Part shown: positions 1-8,776 of the stretch, piece after piece
How positions within the stretch are numbered: position 1 is the first letter of the stretch
How the letters are laid out: every line of letters begins with the position of its first letter
NCBI GenBank assembly: GCA_964589945.1
Contig: CAZPVG010000005.1
Span: 15,011-79,010 of the forward strand
DNA: 64,000 nt
DNA from: an uncultured bacterium
GTDB taxonomy: Bacteria > Eisenbacteria > RBG-16-71-46
Direction: 5' to 3'
Translations under genes and position numbers: made by a program
Notes under the pieces: model-generated
The model's input: only the letters and a program-made list of their open reading frames with translations
The model's database searches: none
What the model was told of the DNA's origin: nothing

Positions 1-2232
1 CTCGCGGGGCTCTGGCCGCGCCCCGAGGGCGTGGGCCTCTGCCTCGCCGACGCCTCCACGGGCGAGATGCGGCTCGCGCAGTGCGGTTGGCCCGAGGCCG
101 GCGAAGCGCTGGCCCGCACGCCCGTCGCCGAGTTCCTCGTCCCGTCCGACCTGGACGGCGAGCTCGCGGCACGGCTCGAGCGGCTGCTCGCCGGGCTGCC
201 GGGCGCCCGGAGCACGGCGCCGGCGGCGCGATTCCTCGATCCGGACCTGCCGTCGGTGCGCTGGGGCTCCGCCGCGGCCGGACGGCACGCAGACCAGCCG
301 CTGGCACTCGCCGCCGCTTCGGGGACCCTCGACTACCTCGACCGCACGCAGGGCGGCGCGGCGCTCCAGATGACGAGGGTCGCCCGCTGGGACGGGCGGA
401 GCGTGCTGCAGTACGACGCCGCGACCGCGCGCCACCTCGAGCTCTTCGCCCCGCAGCCCGGCGGCGAGATCCGCCACACGCTGTGGCACCACGTGAACCT
501 GACCGTGACGGCGCTCGGCGCCCGGCGGCTGCGCGGCTGGCTCGAACGGCCGCTCGCGGAGATCCAGGCGATCGCGGAACGGCAGGAGTCGGTGGCCGCC
601 TGGCTCGACGCGGGCTCCCCGCGGGCCTCGTTCCGCGAGGCGCTGCGCGGCCTGCCCGACCTCGAGCGGCTGGCGGCTCGGGTCGCCTGCGCGAAGGCGA
701 CGCCGCGCGAGCTCGGGGCTCTGCGCGACGTGCTCGCGCGGATCCCGGACCTCGCCGAGGGGCTCGCGGGCCTGCCGGGCGCGCCGGCGGCGGCGACACG
801 GGAGTCGCTCGCGCTGCCACCGGAGCTGCGTGAGCGCCTCGCGCGCGCGCTCGTGGACGAGCCTCCGGTGACGAGCCGCGAAGGGGGCGTGTTCCGCGCG
901 GGCTGGGACGAGGTGCGCGACGGGCTCGACGACTTCGCCCACTCGGGCAAGCGCTGGGTCGCCGAGCTCGAGGCCGCCGAGCGCGCCCGCAGCGGCATCT
1001 CGAGCCTCAAGGTCGGGTTCAACCGCGTGTTCGGCTACTACCTCGAGGTGACGAACGCGCACCGGGACAAGGTCCCGGCCGAGTACGAGCGCCGGCAGAC
1101 CCTGACGAACGCCGAGCGCTACGTGACGCCGGAGCTCAAGGCCCGCGAGGCCGAGATCCTCGGGGCGGAGGAGAAGCTCAAGGCCCGCGAGCACGAGCTG
1201 TTCGTGCAGCTGCGCGACGCGTGCTCGGCGTATGTGCCGGCGCTGCAGTCGGCGGCGGACGCGCTCGGCCGGCTCGACGCCGAGGCCGCGCTCGCCGAGG
1301 CCGCCTCGCGATTCGGCTGGGTCCGCCCGGCGCTCGAGGACTCCGACCGCCTGCACCTCGAGGACGCCCGCCACCCGGTCGTCGAGCGCCTGCTGCCGCG
1401 CGGGGAGTTCGTGGCGAACGCCGTGCGGCTCGACGGGGCGACGCGCCAGGTGCTGCTCCTCACGGGACCCAACATGGGCGGCAAGAGCACCTACCTCCGC
1501 CAGGCGGCGCTGATCGTCCTGCTCGCGCAGGCCGGCTCGTGGGTGCCGGCGGGGCGCGCGGAGATCGGGCTCGTGGACCGGCTCTTCACGCGCGTGGGGG
1601 CCGCCGACCGGCTGGGGGCCGGCCAGTCCACGTTCATGGTCGAGATGAGCGAGACGGCCGACATCCTGCGCGGCGCGACGCCGCGCTCGCTCGTGCTCCT
1701 CGACGAGATCGGCCGCGGGACCGCGACCTACGACGGCCTCGCGCTCGCCTGGGCGGTCACCGAGCACCTGCTCTCGGGCTCCGGCGCGCGGCCGCGCACG
1801 ATCTTCGCGACCCACTACCACGAGCTGACGCAGCTCGCCGACACGCTGCCGCGGCTCGCGAACGTCCACGTGACAGTGGAGGAGCGGGGGGACGGCGTCG
1901 TGTTCCTCCACCGCATCGCCGAGGGCCCCGCGGACCGTTCGTACGGGATCCACGTCGCGAAGCTCGCGGGGTTGCCCGAGCCGGTGCTGGCCCGCGCACG
2001 CGAGGTGCTCGAGGAACTCGAGAGCGAGCGCACGGTCGAGCAGCTCGAGCGCCACGGCCGCCGGGGACGGCGGTCACGCGACCCCGGCCCGCTGCCGCTC
2101 TTCGAGAACGCGGTTCCGCCCGAGCACCCGGTCGCCGCGGAGCTCCGCGCGCTCGAGCCGGACGCGCTCACCCCGCTCGAGGCGTTGAAGAAGCTCGCGG
2201 AGTGGAAGGAGCGTTTCGGGCGGCAAGGCTGA
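1..2232 (+). CDS. mutS: DNA mismatch repair protein MutS (5' end outside window)
   Basis: Walker A LTGPNMGGKSTYLRQ, STFMVEM, LLDEIGRGT, FATHYHEL, SYGIHVAKLAG; clamp KVGFNRVFGYYLEV. The N-terminal mismatch-binding domain is absent, so the gene starts upstream. Confidence 0.96.
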   Translation, partial: LAGLWPRPEGVGLCLADASTGEMRLAQCGWPEAGEALARTPVAEFLVPSDLDGELAARLERLLAGLPGARSTAPAARFLDPDLPSVRWGSAAAGRHADQPLALAAASGTLDYLDRTQGGAALQMTRVARWDGRSVLQYDAATARHLELFAPQPGGEIRHTLWHHVNLTVTALGARRLRGWLERPLAEIQAIAERQESVAAWLDAGSPRASFREALRGLPDLERLAARVACAKATPRELGALRDVLARIPDLAEGLAGLPGAPAAATRESLALPPELRERLARALVDEPPVTSREGGVFRAGWDEVRDGLDDFAHSGKRWVAELEAAERARSGISSLKVGFNRVFGYYLEVTNAHRDKVPAEYERRQTLTNAERYVTPELKAREAEILGAEEKLKAREHELFVQLRDACSAYVPALQSAADALGRLDAEAALAEAASRFGWVRPALEDSDRLHLEDARHPVVERLLPRGEFVANAVRLDGATRQVLLLTGPNMGGKSTYLRQAALIVLLAQAGSWVPAGRAEIGLVDRLFTRVGAADRLGAGQSTFMVEMSETADILRGATPRSLVLLDEIGRGTATYDGLALAWAVTEHLLSGSGARPRTIFATHYHELTQLADTLPRLANVHVTVEERGDGVVFLHRIAEGPADRSYGIHVAKLAGLPEPVLARAREVLEELESERTVEQLERHGRRGRRSRDPGPLPLFENAVPPEHPVAAELRALEPDALTPLEALKKLAEWKERFGRQG

Positions 2233-2245
2233 GCGCCGGCCCGAC

Positions 2246-2827
2246 TCAGCGCCGGGAGACCGGGGACCGCGGCGGCGCGGCGTGCGGCAGGTGGGTCGAG
2301 GGCTCGTGGGCCTTCGGCTCCGTGATCCGGACGAGCGCGGCGGCGATGGACGGCGCGCGGGGCGCCGCCGGGCGGCCGACCGGGTTCGCGGCGCGGTGGG
2401 CGAGCAGGCGCTTCCAGTGCGAGGGGCGGCGCTCCTGGAGCCAGCGCTCGAAGTCGGCCGCGCTGCGGAACCACGCGACCACGTCGGAGAGCGGGGCGCG
2501 CCGCTCGCACCCGCGCGGGTCGTATTCGCGGCAGAGCACGGGGTGCTCGCCGTAGATGCGGCAGCGGCCCTCGTCGTCGAGTTGCGTGCAGCGCGCGGCG
2601 ATGTGGAGGTACCAGCGCTCCGGCCGCTCGACGTACAGCTCGAGGTTCTCGTGGTGGAGCACCCAGATCCACTGGTCGTACTCCCACGGCGTCCGCGGCG
2701 CGTCCACCTCGATGCAGACCGTCTCGCAGCAGCGCGTGCAGCCGGTGCAGAGATCGGCGTTCTCCTCGGCGGAGAGTTCGACCGCCTCGCGCGGGTCCTC
2801 GACGACCTCCGTGTCGCGCGGGGTCAC
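2246..2827 (-). CDS. YkgJ/UPF0153-type CxxCxxCC cysteine-cluster protein
   Basis: CTGCTRCC...RCTQLDDEGRCRIYGEHPVLCREY; GTG start at 2827 overlaps the upstream TGA (GTGA). Confidence 0.8.
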   Translation of the reverse strand: MTPRDTEVVEDPREAVELSAEENADLCTGCTRCCETVCIEVDAPRTPWEYDQWIWVLHHENLELYVERPERWYLHIAARCTQLDDEGRCRIYGEHPVLCREYDPRGCERRAPLSDVVAWFRSAADFERWLQERRPSHWKRLLAHRAANPVGRPAAPRAPSIAAALVRITEPKAHEPSTHLPHAAPPRSPVSRR

Positions 2828-4692
2828 TGCGAGCGCTCCACGACCCCCTCGAGCACGTCGAGGCAGTTCTCGTAGCGCCCGAACGACGGCATGAGGTAGA
2901 CGCCATTCGCCGTGCCCCGGCACTTCGCAAGCAGCTCGCGCGCGAGCTCGACGCCCACCTTCTGTCCCTCGTTCCCGGCCTCGTGGAGCCGCTGGCGGAT
3001 CCACTCGGGCACGAGGATGCCCGGCACCTCGTGGTGCAGGAACTCGGCGTGGCGGAACGACTGCAGCGGCAGGATGCCGACGAGGATGGGGATCTTCGGC
3101 GCGCCGCCGAGCTTCTCGAGGAAGCGCTCCCAGGCCGCCAGCTCGTAGACGGGCTGCGTCATCACGAACTGCGCCCCCGCGTCGAGCTTCTTGCGGAAGT
3201 GGTCGATCTCCCAGTCGAGCCGGTCGGCCGTCGGGTTCACCGCGCAGCCGATCGCAAAGCCCGTGCTCCCGCCGATCGCCGAGCCCGCCTCGTCGGTGCC
3301 CTGGTTCATCTTGCCGACGATCCCGATGAGGCCCACCGAGTTCGTGTCGTAGACGGCGGTGACGTTGGGGTAGTCGCCCAGGCTCGGCGGGTCGCCGGTC
3401 AGGCAGAGGATGTTGCGGATCCCGAGCGCGTGGGCGCCGAGGAGGTCGCTCTGCAGGCCCATGAGGTTCCGGTCGCGCGTCGTGTAGTGGAGGATCACCT
3501 CGATCTGCGGGAACAGCCCGCGGATCTGCCAGGCGAGCGACATCGCGCTCATGCGGATGCGCGCCATCGGCGAGTCGGCGATGTTGATGCAGTCCACCCC
3601 GCGCTCGGCCATGAGGCGGGCGCCGGCGATGACCTTCCGGGTGTTGATGCCGCGCGGCGGGTCGATCTCGACGCTGACGGTGAACTTGGATCGCAGCCTG
3701 CGCAGGAGAGGCGGCTCCTCGGCCGACGGCGCCGGGGGCTCCTCGGCCGGCGGAGGCTCGAGCACGTGCACCTCGGCGCCCGAGGGCAGGTGCTCGGCGG
3801 GCAGGTGCGAGGCGAGGCGCTCGCGCATGGCGCGGATGTGCGCGGGTGTCGTGCCGCAGCAGCCTCCCACGAGGCGGGCGCCGGCCTCGATCGCTCGGGC
3901 GGCGAAGTCGGCGAAGTACACCGGGTGCGAGCGGTAGACGTAGCGCCCGTCCACGAATTGCGGCAGGCCGGCATTCGGCATCACGGAGACCGGCGTGTCG
4001 CCCGCCGCGTCCACGATCTGCTGGAGCACCTCGAGCGCGGGCTGGGGGCCGACGCCGCAGTTGACGCCGATCACGTCGGCGCGCGCCAGCTTGAGCGCCT
4101 TCACGATCAATGACGGCGTGTGGCCGTAACGCGTCTTGCCGTCGGTGCCGAACGTCATCTGCGCGACGATGGGAACCGCGGTGGTGACCGCCCGCACGGC
4201 GCGCATGGCCGCCAGGATCTCGTTCAGGTCCTGGAAGGTTTCCAGCACGAAGACGTCGAGCCCGCCCTCGAGCAGCCCCTCGGCCTGCTCGCGGAACGCG
4301 CGCTCGGCCTCGGCGATGCTCACGCTGCCGAACGGCTCGAGGTGGCGGCCGAGCGGGCCCATCGAACCTCCGACGAACGCCCCGGTGCCGCGGATCTCGC
4401 GGGCGTTCCGCGCCACCTTGACGCCCTGGCGGGCGATGAGCCGGGACTTCGCGCCGAGACCGTGCGAATCAAGGCGGATCGGGCTCGCGCCGAACGTATT
4501 CGTCTCGATCAGCTCGGCGCCGGCCGCGAGGTAGTCGCGGTGGATCGCCTCGACGAGTCCGGGTTCGGTCAGGTTCAGCTCGTCGAAGCAGCGCTCGTAG
4601 GGGATGCCGCGCTCGAAGAGCAGGGTGCCCATGGCGCCGTCCGCGAGGAGCGGGCCCTGGGCGAGGCGTGCGAGGAACGGGGACGAAGCCAT
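2824..4692 (-). CDS. yitJ: Bifunctional homocysteine S-methyltransferase / methylenetetrahydrofolate reductase (YitJ-type)
   Basis: LADGAMGT, ETNTFGA, GVNC, PNAGLP, VGGCCGTTPAHI, followed by an MTHFR domain (SVEIDPP, HYTTRDRN, LTGDP, MTQPVY). Confidence 0.92.
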   Translation of the reverse strand: MASSPFLARLAQGPLLADGAMGTLLFERGIPYERCFDELNLTEPGLVEAIHRDYLAAGAELIETNTFGASPIRLDSHGLGAKSRLIARQGVKVARNAREIRGTGAFVGGSMGPLGRHLEPFGSVSIAEAERAFREQAEGLLEGGLDVFVLETFQDLNEILAAMRAVRAVTTAVPIVAQMTFGTDGKTRYGHTPSLIVKALKLARADVIGVNCGVGPQPALEVLQQIVDAAGDTPVSVMPNAGLPQFVDGRYVYRSHPVYFADFAARAIEAGARLVGGCCGTTPAHIRAMRERLASHLPAEHLPSGAEVHVLEPPPAEEPPAPSAEEPPLLRRLRSKFTVSVEIDPPRGINTRKVIAGARLMAERGVDCINIADSPMARIRMSAMSLAWQIRGLFPQIEVILHYTTRDRNLMGLQSDLLGAHALGIRNILCLTGDPPSLGDYPNVTAVYDTNSVGLIGIVGKMNQGTDEAGSAIGGSTGFAIGCAVNPTADRLDWEIDHFRKKLDAGAQFVMTQPVYELAAWERFLEKLGGAPKIPILVGILPLQSFRHAEFLHHEVPGILVPEWIRQRLHEAGNEGQKVGVELARELLAKCRGTANGVYLMPSFGRYENCLDVLEGVVERSQ

Positions 4693-4700
4693 GGGCCGCG

Positions 4701-4729
4701 AATCTACGGGGCGGCCTCCGCGGGGGCAA
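4701..4729 (-). promoter_or_regulatory. Sigma70-type promoter of yitJ, probably leaderless
   Basis: Minus strand reads TTGCCC-17 nt-TAGATT-8 nt-ATG, with no SD. Confidence 0.55.
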
Positions 4730-4814
4730 GCGCCCGCCCGCGTCCGTCGGCCCTTCCCGCGCGCCCGTGCGCCGCGTTTCGAAGGGCTCGGCGCGTCTGG
4801 TAGAGTGCCGCGCC

Positions 4815-6617
4815 GTGAACCGACTCCCGTCCGTGCTCCTGCTGCTGTTCCTCCTCTCCGCCGGCGGCGCCTCGCGCGCCGCCGTTCCCGTGGTCCCCGT
4901 GATGCCCGTCTCCGAGGTGCGCCCCGGGCAGGCGGCCGTCGTGCGGACGGTGTTCGCCGGCGACTCGATCGAGACGTTCGACGCGGTCATCATGGGCGTG
5001 CTGCCGGGGGGGCGGGCCGACGGGGACGTGATCCTCGCGCGCGCGACCAGCCCACGGGTCGTCGCGAGCGGCGTTGCGCAGGGCATGAGCGGCTCGCCGG
5101 TCTACGTGGACGGCCGGCTGATCGGCGCGCTGTCGAGCGGATGGTCGTTCTCGAAGGAGCCGGTGTTCGGCATCACGCCCATCGGGGAGATGCTCGACGT
5201 GCTCGACCGTCCCGAGGTCCGGACCGACGACGGCACGAGCGGTCCGGCCGGCGTGAGTCCCGCGGGCGCCTCGCCGCGCTTCCGCGAATTCGCCTGGAAC
5301 GACGACACGCTGGCCGCGCCCGTCGCCGTCCCGGCGGTGAAGCCGCCGCTGGCGCCGCTCCCGCTGCCGCTCGCGGCGGGCGGGCTGCACCCGGAGGCGC
5401 TGCCGCTCGTGCGGTCGATGTTCGCGGCCGACGGCTTCACCGTCACCCCCGGCGGCCGCGCCACGGTGGGCCCCGCGCGGGGGGACCTCGAGCCCGGCTC
5501 GGCCGTCGCCGTGGACGTGCTGCGCGGCGACCTCAACTTCTCGGCGATCGGAACGGTGACCTACCGCGCCGGCGACCGGGTCCTGATCTTCGGTCACCCG
5601 TTCTTCCAGAGCGGCGACGTGCGGCTGCCGCTCTCGACCGCGCACATCGTCGGCATCCTCCCGAGCCTCGCCTCCTCCTTCAAGCTCGGCGTCCCGGGGA
5701 CGCCGGTCGGGGTCGCGACGCAGGACCGCCGCGCCGCCGTGGCCGGGCGCCTCGGGCCGCCTCCGGCGCTGATGCCGTTCGGCGTGGACGTCGACAACGC
5801 CGGCCACCGGCAGTCCTTTCACTTCGAGTGCATCGAGGACCGCACGCTGCTGCCGCAGCTCGTGGCCGCGGCGGCGATGAACAGCCTGCTGCAGTCGGGA
5901 GGCAGCGGGCTGCAGCAGACCGTGACGTGGACGCTGGAGGCGTGGCGCAGGGGCCGCGTGCTGCGGATCGGCAACGTGGCCGCCGGTGAGTCCCCGGTGG
6001 CGGAGGTGCTGAGCGGCGTGGCCGCGCCGCTGCGGTTCCTCGAGGCGAACCCGTTCGAGGCCTGCCGCTTCGACAGCATCCGGGTGAGCCTCGCCGCGCG
6101 GCCGGGCCGCTCCCAGTGGACGCTCCGGAGCGCGCGCCTCGGCGCCGCCGCCGTCCGTCCGGGCGGCGTGCTGCACGTGATCGCCGAGCTCGAGGCGTGG
6201 CGCGGGAGCCGCCGCGAGGAGCGGCTCGACGTGCCCGTGCCCGACGACTTCCCGCCGGGCCGCTACATCCTGTGGGTCGGCGGCGGGGCCGAGGACGACC
6301 GCTTCACCGCCAGCCGCCTGCCCTGGCGGTACCGCCCCGTCTCGCTCGAGGACGCCTGGGACCGGATCGCCTCCGTGCACCGTTCCGATGCGCTCTACTC
6401 GGCGCTGTGGGCGAGGGCCCCGGAGGTCTCGAGCGGGGGTGAGGACTACCCGGAGCTGCCCAACTCGGTGCTGGCCGTGCTCGCTTCGCCGGAGGCGGCG
6501 GGCGACGACTCGCGCCGTTCGAGCTGGGCGGTCTTCCCGGGTCCCGAAGTCAGGCTGGACGGGGCCCTGCGCGGCGAGCTGGTGCTCGACGTCGTGGTGG
6601 ACCGGAACGCGCCGTGA
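4815..6617 (+). CDS. Secreted SpoIVB-like (S55) serine peptidase domain protein
   Basis: Signal peptide VNRLPSVLLLLFLL; VAQGMSGSPVYVDGRLIGA; IGTVTY...IFGHPF; extended -10 TGGTAGAGT 8 nt before the GTG at 4815. Confidence 0.8.
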   Translation: MNRLPSVLLLLFLLSAGGASRAAVPVVPVMPVSEVRPGQAAVVRTVFAGDSIETFDAVIMGVLPGGRADGDVILARATSPRVVASGVAQGMSGSPVYVDGRLIGALSSGWSFSKEPVFGITPIGEMLDVLDRPEVRTDDGTSGPAGVSPAGASPRFREFAWNDDTLAAPVAVPAVKPPLAPLPLPLAAGGLHPEALPLVRSMFAADGFTVTPGGRATVGPARGDLEPGSAVAVDVLRGDLNFSAIGTVTYRAGDRVLIFGHPFFQSGDVRLPLSTAHIVGILPSLASSFKLGVPGTPVGVATQDRRAAVAGRLGPPPALMPFGVDVDNAGHRQSFHFECIEDRTLLPQLVAAAAMNSLLQSGGSGLQQTVTWTLEAWRRGRVLRIGNVAAGESPVAEVLSGVAAPLRFLEANPFEACRFDSIRVSLAARPGRSQWTLRSARLGAAAVRPGGVLHVIAELEAWRGSRREERLDVPVPDDFPPGRYILWVGGGAEDDRFTASRLPWRYRPVSLEDAWDRIASVHRSDALYSALWARAPEVSSGGEDYPELPNSVLAVLASPEAAGDDSRRSSWAVFPGPEVRLDGALRGELVLDVVVDRNAP

Positions 6618-6637
6618 CGCGGCGCGAGGGAGAGCCC

Positions 6638-8725
6638 ATGCGCAGGTGGTTGGTTCCCGTGGTGCTGGCCGCGCTGGCGGCCGCGAGTGCGGCCGGCGCG
6701 ACCGAGACGCAGTGGTGGACCAGCAACACCCAGTCGGACTACGCGAAGGCGCAGAGCCGCGGCGTGGTCGTGGGGGCCGACGGCGTGCTGCGCCCGGGAC
6801 CGGCGGCCGTCTCCTTCACGGACGACAGCCTGCGGACGATCTGGGCGATCGCGGTGCTCGCGGACGGCTCGGTCGCGCTCGCCGGCGACGGCGGCCGGAT
6901 CGACCGCTGGACGTCCTCGGGGGGCGTGAAGCCGTGGGTGGACCTCGGGCACGGGCAGGTGCTGTGCCTCGTCCGTGACGGGGACGCGCTCCTCGCCGGC
7001 ACGGCACCCGGCGGGCTCGTCTACCGCGTCTCGGCGAAGGGGGACACGACGCGGGTCGTCTCCACCGGGGAGCGCTACGTGTGGGCGCTCGCGCCGGCGG
7101 GCCGCGGGGCGTTCTGGGCCGCGACGGGAACGCACGGCCGGCTGATGAAGATCGAGAACGGGCGCGCGAAGACCGTCTTCGACTCCGACGAGAGCAACCT
7201 CGTGAGCCTCGCCGCCGACGGGAAGGGTGGGGCGGACTTCGGAGGCGACTCGCACGGGCGGGTCTACCACGTGGACGAGCGCGGGGTCGTTCGGACGCTC
7301 TTCGACGCGGCCGAGGACGAGGTGCGCGCGATCGCGCGCGGCGCCGACGGCACCGTGTGGGCGGCGGCGCTGAGCCTCTCGGCGGTCAACACCGACACGG
7401 GCAAGAACGACGACGAGAAGCCCTCGCCGGCGCGCGGTCCGATCAGCGGTGGCCGGGCCACGCTGTACCGCCTGGCGCCCGACAGCGCGACGATCGCGTG
7501 GTGGACCTCGCCGCAGCCGCTCGTGCACGCGCTCGTCCTCTCGGGGGGCCAGCCGATCGTCGCGACGGGCAACCGCGCGGGCGTCTTCCGGGTCGAGCGC
7601 CTCAACGGGGCGGCCCAGCTTCTCGCCCCGCCGCAGGCGCAGGTCACGGCGCTGGCGACGGCGAAGGACGGGACGATCTGGGCGGCGACGTCCAACCCGG
7701 CCGTGCTCTGGAGGCTCGGCCCCGGGTCGGCGAAGGACGGCGAGCTCGAGTCCGAGGCCCAGGACGCGCGACGGTTCGCCCGCTTCGGGCGCCTTCGCTG
7801 GTCCGGCGAGGGCTCCGTCCGCTTCCTCACCCGCAGCGGCAACAGCCAGCCGCCGGACACGACCTGGTCGCCGTGGGCGGCGGTTCCCGGCGGCGAGGAC
7901 GGCGGCCGGATCGCATCGCCGCCGGGACGCTACCTGCAGTGGAAGGCCGTGCTCGGCGGCGCCGCGAGCCGCGTGAGCGAGGTCTCGATCGCCTGGCGCG
8001 AGCCCAACCTCGCGCCGCGCCTCGATGACGTCTCGGTGGCCCCGCAGGGACAGAACGTGCGCGAGGGCGAGATCAGCATGCGCAACGAGGCGATCACGCA
8101 GGTGCTTCCCGGGGGACAGAAGGTCGAGTACTCGGTGACGCGCTCGGCGAACAAGCCGGTCCGCGACCTGCCGCTCTGGGCGCGGGGCCTGCGCACGCTC
8201 CAGTGGCATGCGAGCGACCCGAACGGAGATCCGCTCACGTTCCGGGTCGAGGTGAAGCGCGAGAACGGCGGCGACTGGGTCGAGATCGGCAAGGACCTCG
8301 AGGCGTCGCTGTTCAGCTGGAACACGAACACGCTGCCGGACGGCCGCTACCGGCTGAGGGTCACGGCCAGCGACGCCGGCGCGAACCCGATCGGCGAGGA
8401 GCTCACCGGAGACATCACGAGCGAGCCGTTCGAGATCGACAACACGCCACCGGAGATCCCGGAGCTCACCGGCGACGGCGCCCGCCTCCGCGGCCGCGTG
8501 CGCGACGCGTCGAGCCCGGTGGTCCGGATCGAGGCCGCGGTGGACGACGGCGACTGGCGGGCCGTGGACCCCGAAGGAGGCATCGCCGACGCGAAGTCGC
8601 TCGCCTTCGCCGTGACGCTGCCGGACCTCGCGCCCGGCGAGCACCTCGTGAGTGTGCGTGCCGTGGACATGGCCGGCAACGCCGCCACCCGTGCGATCCA
8701 CGTGAAGGTGGGCGCGAGGCGCTGA
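6638..8725 (+). CDS. Secreted beta-propeller protein with C-terminal FN3/Ig-like domains
   Basis: Signal peptide MRRWLVPVVLAALAA; repeated VWAL/AATG...G.VYR blades; LQWHASDPNGD, LPDGRYRLRVTASD, VRAVDMAGN. Alternative GTG start at 6614 overlaps the upstream stop. Confidence 0.7.
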   Translation: MRRWLVPVVLAALAAASAAGATETQWWTSNTQSDYAKAQSRGVVVGADGVLRPGPAAVSFTDDSLRTIWAIAVLADGSVALAGDGGRIDRWTSSGGVKPWVDLGHGQVLCLVRDGDALLAGTAPGGLVYRVSAKGDTTRVVSTGERYVWALAPAGRGAFWAATGTHGRLMKIENGRAKTVFDSDESNLVSLAADGKGGADFGGDSHGRVYHVDERGVVRTLFDAAEDEVRAIARGADGTVWAAALSLSAVNTDTGKNDDEKPSPARGPISGGRATLYRLAPDSATIAWWTSPQPLVHALVLSGGQPIVATGNRAGVFRVERLNGAAQLLAPPQAQVTALATAKDGTIWAATSNPAVLWRLGPGSAKDGELESEAQDARRFARFGRLRWSGEGSVRFLTRSGNSQPPDTTWSPWAAVPGGEDGGRIASPPGRYLQWKAVLGGAASRVSEVSIAWREPNLAPRLDDVSVAPQGQNVREGEISMRNEAITQVLPGGQKVEYSVTRSANKPVRDLPLWARGLRTLQWHASDPNGDPLTFRVEVKRENGGDWVEIGKDLEASLFSWNTNTLPDGRYRLRVTASDAGANPIGEELTGDITSEPFEIDNTPPEIPELTGDGARLRGRVRDASSPVVRIEAAVDDGDWRAVDPEGGIADAKSLAFAVTLPDLAPGEHLVSVRAVDMAGNAATRAIHVKVGARR

Positions 8726-8776
8726 CGGCGGGCGGGGCCTTTCCGGGGCCCTGCGGCGCCGAGGAAGGGGACGGGG

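Noticed and set aside
4693-4814. SAM riboswitch upstream of yitJ
   Set aside because: The region is only about 120 bp, holds two divergent promoters, and yitJ appears leaderless.
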